In this document: positions 36,534 to 44,667 of the stretch, one piece after another
How positions within the stretch are numbered: position 1 is the stretch's first letter
How the letters are laid out: each line of letters starts with the position of its first letter
Origin: Paraspadella gotoi
Lineage: Eukaryota > Animalia > Chaetognatha
Length of the DNA: 44,667 nt
Direction: 5' to 3'
Assembly: GCA_051294375.1 (NCBI GenBank)
Contig: JBJCIZ010000291.1
Location: 19,205-63,871 of the forward strand
Translations under genes and position numbers: made by a program
The notes under the pieces: generated by a model
Seen by the model: only the letters and a program-made list of their open reading frames with translations
Told to the model about the DNA's origin: nothing
Database searches by the model: none

Positions 36534-36637
36534 GAGAGTGAGTATTTTAGTGATGGGGTCGCGAATGAGAGAGTGAGTATTTAGTGATGGGGTCGCGAGT
36601 GAGAGAGTGAGTTTTTAGTGATGGGGTCGCGAGTGAG
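36522..36637 (+). repeat. 34-35-bp tandem repeat, ~3.4 copies, GGGGTCGCGARTGAGAGAGTGAGTATTTAGTGAT
   Basis: Read directly. Confidence 0.9.
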
Positions 36638-36933
36638 TAAGCGAGTGTCTTGCTGCCGAGTCGCAGTTATGCTGTTGTTGTCGTAATTGTTTTGGTTGTT
36701 GTTGTTATCCCAAGAATAATAACTATTTGTCTCCTAAATGTCTCCCGGTGTCAATATTGTTCCGACCCCCTTCTGTATCCCACTGCATTTTTGGATTCGA
36801 TTCTTGTCTCTTTTTATTTCCAGTTTTTACTTTTTATTTTTTCTTTTTTCGTTTTTTTCTTTTTCTTACTATGTAGAAATTCTTGGGATTTTTATTTCAG
36901 TTTCTTACGCCCTCCTTTTTTCCCGCCCTTCTC

Positions 36934-37292
36934 TTTTTAGTTGCGCCGCGAGTACTCGCTTTTCGGTCGGTCTGTCGATCGGTTAGTCGGTTGGTCTGTA
37001 TGTCTGACCGTCGGTCTGTCCCACTTACATTAAAAATACGCATAATTCTCCTATAGATAGTTGCTCGTTTGTTAAGAAGGAAAAAATACTCAAATCTAAG
37101 TAACCCCTAGCGCCGCCTTCAAGAAAGCCTAAAACTATTAAGAAAAAAAGACGGATTTCCGATGCAGCGCGTGTCATAAATACATGGGCTAAGAAAGTTA
37201 TTGTAGTCATGTCACGTCATGTCATGTGATCAGAGGGAAATACAATAGATAAAGTGACTGCGGCGCAACACATTGGATGAATCCAACTTATT
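36934..37292 (+). mobile_element. HINE/Helentron-like non-autonomous element, best-preserved copy
   Basis: SubTIRs GTTGCGCCGC (36940-36949) and GCGGCGCAAC (37260-37269); palindrome GCGAGTACTCGC; GTCG/GTCT tract; 3' hairpin TTGGAT-GA-ATCCAA (37273-37286) followed by CTTATT; T-rich ends and no TSD. Confidence 0.8.
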
Positions 37293-37854
37293 ATTTCTCG
37301 GTTCCCTCTTTCCCTCATTCACGAAGCTCGCAGAAATTCCCCGGGGAAAAGAAAAAAAAAGCGATTTTATTCGTTTTTGTTATTTTCTTCTCTTTTTTTT
37401 CAGACGTGAATTTTTCCTATTTTCCCTTCCCCCCCCCCTTTCTTCTTTTATTTCTTTCTTTTTTCTTTTTTCTTTTTTTCCCCCTCAGTCGTGAATTGTG
37501 GCTTTTTCTCTCCCCCGAGGATCGCTCGACTCTCGAAGGCTATTAAAACTCGCGAATAAAATGTACAGTTTTTTCCGGATTAAAACGAAACAAACTTTGG
37601 CAATTTTTGCCTGTTCGTTTAAAAAAAAAACCTGAATACGCTGTAACTGCGACATTCCATGTGTCTTTTTTTTTATTCTTGACAAAGATGGTCGCTCAAA
37701 AGTCTCAAACAAAGTAACACCGAAAACAACAACGATAACAACATCGTCACGTGACCTCCGCCTAAGAAATCCGCTCGTTAAAAGTAAAAGATTACAGAAT
37801 CGACTGTAGTTCCGAATCCCATAATTTGTCTTACTTTTTTCGCGGGATGGAGGG

Positions 37855-38105
37855 AAAAAAGGGGGTAGATTGGGCGAGGAGGTAAAGAAAAAGGTTGCAC
37901 ATTGGGCGTGGGGGCAAGGAAAAAGGGGCAGATTGGGCGAGGAGGTAAGTTGAGAAAGGTAAGGGGAAAAGGGGGCAGATTGGGCGAGGGCGCAAGTTGA
38001 GAAAGGAAAGATGAAAAGGGGGCAGATTGAGTGAGGAAGTAGGCTGAGAAAGGTAAGGGGAAAAGGGGGCAAATTGGGCGAGGAGGTAAGTTGAGAAAGG
38101 TAGGG
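37855..38105 (+). repeat. ~47-bp purine-rich minisatellite, ~4 full plus partial copies (GGGGCAGATTGGGCGAGGAGGTAAGTTGAGAAAGGTAAGGGGAAAAG)
   Basis: Read directly. Confidence 0.85.
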
Positions 38106-38223
38106 AAGAATCTCTAATCGAGGGAGAGAAGGGAAATTTGGTTAAGGAAGGAAGGGTAAGAAATGAGGGAAGGGAGAGACGGATTTTCCTCTCGCGCGGG
38201 GAGAATCGAGATTGTTTACCGTT

Positions 38224-39178
38224 NNNNNNNNNNNNNNNNNNNNNNNNNNNNNNNNNNNNNNNNNNNNNNNNNNNNNNNNNNNNNNNNNNNNNNNNNNNNN
38301 NNNNNNNNNNNNNNNNNNNNNNNNNNNNNNNNNNNNNNNNNNNNNNNNNNNNNNNNNNNNNNNNNNNNNNNNNNNNNNNNNNNNNNNNNNNNNNNNNNNN
38401 NNNNNNNNNNNNNNNNNNNNNNNNNNNNNNNNNNNNNNNNNNNNNNNNNNNTATTTCGAGATCCGCGCGTCCTTTTTTTTTAGTCCTTTTTCTTTATTTT
38501 TTTTATTTCTTTTTCTTTATTCCTTATTCTTTAGTCCTTTTTCATTATTTTTCTTTATTTATTTTTCGTTAGTTCTTTTTCATTATTTTTTTTCTTTATT
38601 CCTTTTTCTTTCTATTTTTCTATTCTTTTTTTCCATTAATCCTTTCTCATTCCTTCTTTATATTTATAATCTCTTTGTCTCTCACTCTCTCTCTCTCTCT
38701 GTCTCTCTCTCACCGATATCCATTCCATTTTCCACACTTTCTATATCCTTTTCTTTCATTTCCTCTTTTCGTCGTCGACTCCACAAACTCGCTCCCTCCC
38801 TTTATTCCTATTCTCTCCCTTATCCCCCCTTACTCNNNNNNNNNNNNNNNNNNNNNNNNNNNNNNNNNNNNNNNNNNNNNNNNNNNNNNNNNNNNNNNNN
38901 NNNNNNNNNNNNNNNNNNNNNNNNNNNNNNNNNNNNNNNNNNNNNNNNNNNNNNNNNNNNNNNNNNNNNNNNNNNNNNNNNNNNNNNNNNNNNNNNNNNN
39001 NNNNNNNNNNNNNNNNNNNNNNNNNNNNNNNNNNNNNNNNNNNNNNNNNNNNNNNNNNNNNNNNNNNNNNNNNNNNNNNNNNNNNNNNNNNNNNNNNNNN
39101 NNNNNNNNNNNNNNNNNNNNNNNNNNNNNNNNNNNNNNNNNNNNNNNNNNNNNNNNNNNNNNNNNNNNNNNNNNNNNN
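38224..39178. other. Two sized assembly gaps (38224-38451, 38836-39178)
   Basis: N runs. Confidence 0.98.
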
Positions 39179-39598
39179 AAAGCCCGTTTTCATATTTATA
39201 AAATCACCAAGCATTCCCAAGCACTTGGATTGGCCAAGGCGAAAAAAAAACAGCCAATCACGTTGCGAGTTTTCGAAGCGACGAAATCAATCACGATTAA
39301 GATTAAAGGCGACTTCCTTTTATCTCTCAGACCAAAGAGGAGGAGGAGGAGGAGGAGGAGGAGGAGGAAGACGATGAAGACGACGACGACGATGATAATT
39401 TGATCTCCTCAACCGCACCGCGAGAAAAAAAACCCAAGAAAATAATCGGGGGAAAAAAAAGGGAAAAAAATCTGGGAGAATCGAATTGGGTTCGAACAGA
39501 ATGGCCGACGACGACGACGATGAAGACGACGACGATGAAGAGAACGATGGCGTCGGAGACTTCAAAGGACTTAATAAAGACGTCTTTTTTGGAATGTG

Positions 39599-39729
<131 letters not shown>

Positions 39730-39879
39730 CAGACAGTCAGAGAGACCGAGACTGGACAGCATGGCACCGAATGGCACCCAGACGTGTTTCCTCTTTCTTT
39801 CTTTGCTTTCTCTCTCTCTCTCCTTTACCTTTCTTTCTCTTTATCTTTCATTTCTCTTTCTTTCCCTCCATCTTCTCCC

Positions 39880-40445
39880 CCTCCTCATATCGTCTCCATC
39901 TCTCCCTCTCCATCTCTCCATCGCTAATAACCGGCCCTCTCTCATCTCCCATCTTCGTCTCTCTCCAATCTCTATCTCATCAAAGGCCTCTCAATACAAC
40001 TCCATGGCATCTACATCCCTCAGTCCATCTCTAGGGGCCCTCTCTATTATCCATCTCTCCACAATCTCTATCCATCCTACATCTCTCCTTCCATTCATCG
40101 AGGAATACCAGTCTCTCGCCATCTTCAACACCTCGATCATACCATCTCGTCCATCAATTCTCCAATTCTACCGATCTCTCTATAATCATCTCACCTCAAG
40201 CAAAAACATCTCCATCTCTCCCGATACCATCCATCTCTCCATCTCTCCCTCTTCCAATCACTGCAATAACCATCAACTCAACACGCTCAAAAATCAGCGA
40301 CCATCTCTCTCATCTTCTCTTCTTCTCTCCATCTTAAAAAAAAATCGGTGTCACTGTTCTCCATCTCTCCAATCTCTCCATACTCTCCAATCTCCCCTCT
40401 CAATCTCTCCTCCATCCATCCTCTCCCCTCATCCATTCTCTCCTC
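39880..40445 (+). repeat. Degenerate (TCTCCA/CCATCTCT)n simple repeat
   Basis: Recurrent TCTCCATC cores in noisy sequence. Confidence 0.7.
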
Positions 40446-41239
40446 GGTCCTAAATTACCATTCCGAAAAACAAAAAAAAAACCGTGGGGGCGGCGGTGAC
40501 CGGTGGCTGGGAATATGCCTCTCCTGCTACGTAGGAGTGGGGAATGAGGAGCCGATGGACCTGATTAAAATGGGAAATCAATTTCGTTTGGCGGGAAGGG
40601 TGGACAGGAAATTGGGTGGGTGGGTGTTGGTGGCAAGAGTAGGGGGTTAAGTGGGCGATCAGGGATAGGTGCCGGGTCCTTGTTTCGGGTGAGAGCAATG
40701 GAGTGGCCATCAAGGTGAGTTGGGGGGCCTTGGGGATGAAGCGGTAACAAAGATTGGCGTTTGAAAGATTTAAAAAGCTTTTTGAACAGGATGAGACTTT
40801 TTTTTTTTAAAAAAAGAAAAGATGTTTTTAAAATTTTTTAAGTGAATTTTGAACCTTTGAAAAGTGGGAACAGTTTTTGCCCCTAGATCTTAGCGGATGG
40901 AGGGGGAGGAACGTTCGCTCGCTACTGGGTTTGGCATAACCAAAGTTTTTGCTTCTTTTGTTAGTTTATGTTAGTTTATTTCAATGTTGTTTAAGTTTAG
41001 TGGGTTTTTGATATATCCCAAAAAAAAAGTTTAGCGATAAATGACATAATTGGTGGTTTATTGATTGAATGTGATTGATTCATATTGATTTGTTATTTGA
41101 ATTTGATTAGATTGCCTTTTAGAAAAGAACGTGAACTCTATGCAAAACAACGAAGATGGAAAGCGCCTTATCGTCTAAATTCTAAGTTTTACCACTTATA
41201 TCCACAAAAGAAACGAAAAAACACGAATAGATTCTCGCC

Positions 41240-42135
41240 TTTCACTTTCTAACCTCTCTTTATTCTCCTCTATCTTTTCTCTTTCCTTCTAACCTACTCT
41301 CTATTCTCTCCTATCTTCCTCCTTTCCTTTAACACTTTTAGTACCTAATCTCTCTTTATATTACTCCATCCTCATATATTACTTCTTACTTAACATAATT
41401 ATACTAAGGCTCTCTAGCCTCTATTCTCTCCTAATCTTGCCTTTCCTTTTCTAACCTCCTTCTTTAATTCTCTTCCCTATCTTCCTCTTTCGGCTTACCT
41501 AACTCTCTCTATTCCTCTGCCATCTTCTCTTTTCCTTTCCTAACCTCTTCTATCTCGTCCTCCTATCCTTCTCGTTATTTCCTTCGCTAACGCTCTCATA
41601 TATTTTCTCCTAATCTTCTTTCCCTTTTCTAACACTCTCTCTATTCTGCCCATCCTTTCTTCTCTTCCCTTTCAATTCTAAAGCTCTCTCATATTTCTCT
41701 CCATCTTCTCTTTTTCCTTTCTAACCTCTATTTAATTCTTCGTCCTATCTTCTCTTTCCTCCTAACCTCTTCTCTATTCCTCTCACTATCTTCTCACTTT
41801 CCCTTTTCTAACCTCTCTCTATTCTCGTGACTTCTTCTTCTCTATTCCCCCTTTCTAAAGCTCTCTCTTATCTCTCTATAATCTTCTTACTTTCCTTTCT
41901 AAACCTCTCTTTATCTCTCTCCTATCTTCTCTTCTCCCTTCCTAACGCCAACCTCCTCTATTCTCCTCCCTATCTTCCTCTTTCCTTTCTAACCTCTCTC
42001 TCTATTCTCTCACTTTGCTTTCTTTCCTCCAATTCTCCTCTATCTATCCTCTTTCCTTTCTAAACTCTTCTCTATTCTCTCCTATCGTTTCTTTGCCCTT
42101 TCTAAAGCTCTCTCTATTCTCCCTATCTTCTCTTT
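41240..42135 (+). repeat. ~40-45-bp pyrimidine-rich minisatellite, ~20 noisy copies (TTCCTTTCTAACCTCTCTCTATTCTCTCCTATCTTCTCT)
   Basis: A CTAAC/CTAAAG anchor recurs every ~40-47 bp, followed by TATTCT and CTATCTT. Confidence 0.8.
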
Positions 42136-42189
42136 TCTTTCTTTCCTACTCTCTCCGTTTCTACTACTCTACTCTTTAACTGCAATGCT

Positions 42190-43290
42190 TTTCCGCACTT
42201 TCCTCTTCCTCTTTCTTCCATTTTTTCTTTCCGCTCCCCCCTCCTCCTTTTTTCCTTTCCCCTTTTTTTCTTTTTTCTTCTTTCCCTTTCTTCTCTTTCC
42301 TCTTCTCTTATCTTATCTTTCTTTATCTTTTTTCCTTCTTACATGATCTTAATTTCATCGTTTCTTTTTTTTTTTATTCACAATTTTCCTCCTTGTTTCT
42401 ACTCTTCGTTCTTGATTTCTATTTCCCTCTTTCTTTTTTTTTCCTCTTTTAATTTTCCTCTACTTCTATTTTTTTCTCTCTTTCTTCTCGACACCGTTTT
42501 CTCTATCTCTTTGTTCTTCTCCTTTTCTTTTTCTTCTTTTCCTCTTCCGTCTTTCTCTTCTATTTTTGTTACTGCTTCTTTTTTTTTCTACTATCTCCCA
42601 TTCCTCTTCCACTCTTTTTTCGTTCTCTTTTCTCTTTTTCTTCCTTTTCTATTTCTTTTTCTTTTCTTTTTGCCTCTTTTTTTTCCTCTTACTCTTTCTT
42701 CTTCTATTTTTGTACTTACTTCTTTTTTCTTCTCATTCCAATTCCTCTTCCTCATTTTTTCCCTCTTACCTCTTTCCTCTTCTCTTTCTCCTTCTATTTT
42801 GTTAGCTATCCTTCTTTTTTTCCCTCTCAAAAAATGGTTCCCCATATCCTCTTTCTTTTCATTCGTCTTTACCTCTTATCTCCTTTCTCTTACTTATTTT
42901 TAGATATTACTCTTTGCTTTTTTCCCTTATATCATTCCATTCCCTCTTTACTCTTTTTCTTCATTTCCCCTCTATCTTCTCATCTTCTCTCCACTTCTAT
43001 TTTTTTGTTACTACTCTTTCTCTTTTTTCTTCTTCTCCAATTCCATTCTCTTCCCTCTTTTTCTTGCTCTTTCTCTTCTCCTTTCGCCTCTCCTATTATT
43101 TTGTTACTCCTTTTCTTTTATTTCCCTTCTCATTCCATTCTCTTCCTCGCTTCCTCCTTTTTCTTCTCTTTCCTCTTCTTTCTCTTTCTCTTCTCTCCTA
43201 ATTTATTGTTATCTTCTTTTTTTCCGCTTCTCTCTTTCCATTCCTCTTATCTTTTTCTTCTCTTTCCCCTATCTTTCTTCTCCCTTTCGC
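42190..43290 (+). repeat. ~1.1-kb polypyrimidine low-complexity tract
   Basis: Almost G-free; source of the F/L/S pseudo-ORFs. Confidence 0.9.
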
Positions 43291-44667
43291 CTCCGGCCCA
43301 TCGTCAATACTCCTTAGCGTTCTTTTTATTCTTTTCTCTCAGGAGTCTTGAATTCAAAGTGTTTTTTTTTTTTTCTTTGTTCTTTCTCTCGTTTCGTGTA
43401 TCTGTTTTAACCTTATTTTACACCACACGCTTTTTTTTGTTTTGTTCAGTTATGGATTTTTTATAGGGTAATTAAATGATATACTCAGTTTTAAAAACCC
43501 TGCTACTGACTCGCCTACGTAAAGAAAATGTTTAGACAATGAATTCGGTCCAGATACTCACTACAAAAATCGGTAGATAATTAATACAAACCAATATAAA
43601 ACATTCACTTATTTATTAATAGATATTAAAACAGGTTAACATTCGAACTTAAGAGAGAGAAAAAACCAATACCAATAGTCCAACGTTTTTCTTTTTAAAA
43701 AATTCACAGACGTCTTAATTAATTTTTTATTTTCCCTCGTGCAACTATAAAGGATAAAGAGAGATTCCATATATCTCGTCAGACTTTTCAAATCGATTGT
43801 CCGTTCAGGAAACTAAGCTCTAAAGTTAAGATTAAAAACCCTCCTACCTCTGCACGAGTTAAAAAACTCAGAAACAAATCCCTCTTTTTCAAATTTACCT
43901 CAGAAATTGGTTTCTCTTCCTTTCGCCCAGTAATTCCGAGTCGAACTTTTTCGTCGTTTCTGTATTAAGACTCGAATTGGGAAAATTTGGAGAAAAAAAA
44001 GTATGTAAACCGGATTTTGTAACCCGATACGGGTGACCCTCTCTACAACACCCTTGAGTGCTTTTTTTCTTTCTTTTGCTTTTCTGAAACCACTTCGGTT
44101 CTCCCTATCTACCCTACACATCCATACCTATCCCAATCCGAACACCTGACTCATCCGAGCGCCGTCCGATTGCCGTCTGACCATTAAATACGCCATCCCG
44201 TAACCCTCTTTTCTAACGACCGCCGCCAGCGCTGCTTTTCCCTAGCAGGCCCATGACCACCTCTATCTAAGACCGCCATCCACCCTTCTAAGTAAATACA
44301 ATCCATTTCGCCTTCTAACTAGATTACCCTGTCCCCCTTATTACACTCCCACAGCCATACTTCTTTAACTACAAAAATATAAGACTTAACCCTTGTATTT
44401 ATTAACTCTGTCCTCGTAACCACCGGAAGATCCCCGGAGTTGAGAGATTACGAAGATAATGGAATCTTGAATGAAAAATTTTTAACAAAAATATGCCACA
44501 GGATGAAATCTAAAGTGAATAGAGTTTTCTAATTCATCTTTCACTTGGAAGGATAAATTCCACGCTCGAGGGAGAAGGGGGAGCAAGGTGGAGAGAGAGA
44601 AAGAGAGAAGAGAGAGAGAGAGGGAGAGAGAGAGAGAGAGACCCGAGTAGGAGAGAAGAGGAGGATA

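Noticed and set aside
39228-39262. Paired CCAAT boxes (GATTGG, CAGCCAATCA) as a promoter
   Set aside because: Short motifs next to a gap with no linked exon or start evidence.

Overview
This is eukaryotic, AT-rich, extremely microsatellite-rich draft-assembly sequence with abundant CpG, probably from an invertebrate (inference only). It contains 10 N-gaps. Three of them are exactly 25 N, and each is associated with an indel-ridden kilobase-scale duplicate (9.9-14.3/14.3-18.75 kb, 20.8-22.6/29.1-31.0 kb, 32.3-34.5/34.5-36.5 kb). These most likely come from long-read gap-filling of one locus twice, possibly as two haplotypes. Almost all ORF-track entries are artefacts of N-runs and (AG)n/(CT)n tracts. 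Supportable real structure: (i) a dispersed family of 190-365 bp Helentron/HINE (DINE-1-like) elements with subterminal inverted repeats and a 3' hairpin; (ii) an ~810 bp fold-back MITE-like element starting at TTAA; (iii) an ~290 bp dispersed element carrying degenerate CCCTAA repeats; (iv) a noisy non-LTR reverse-transcriptase-like fragment; (v) several minisatellites, including a doubly palindromic 33-bp array with three stop-free frames; (vi) candidate exons of unidentified genes, including two + strand exons whose frame is restored by comparing the duplicate copies, a possible 18-nt microexon, and a 1.4 kb GC-rich minus-strand APAEE-repeat coding stretch. I found no rRNA, tRNA, CRISPR array or nameable gene. 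I cannot support a claim of a new biological system; the best leads are listed under findings.
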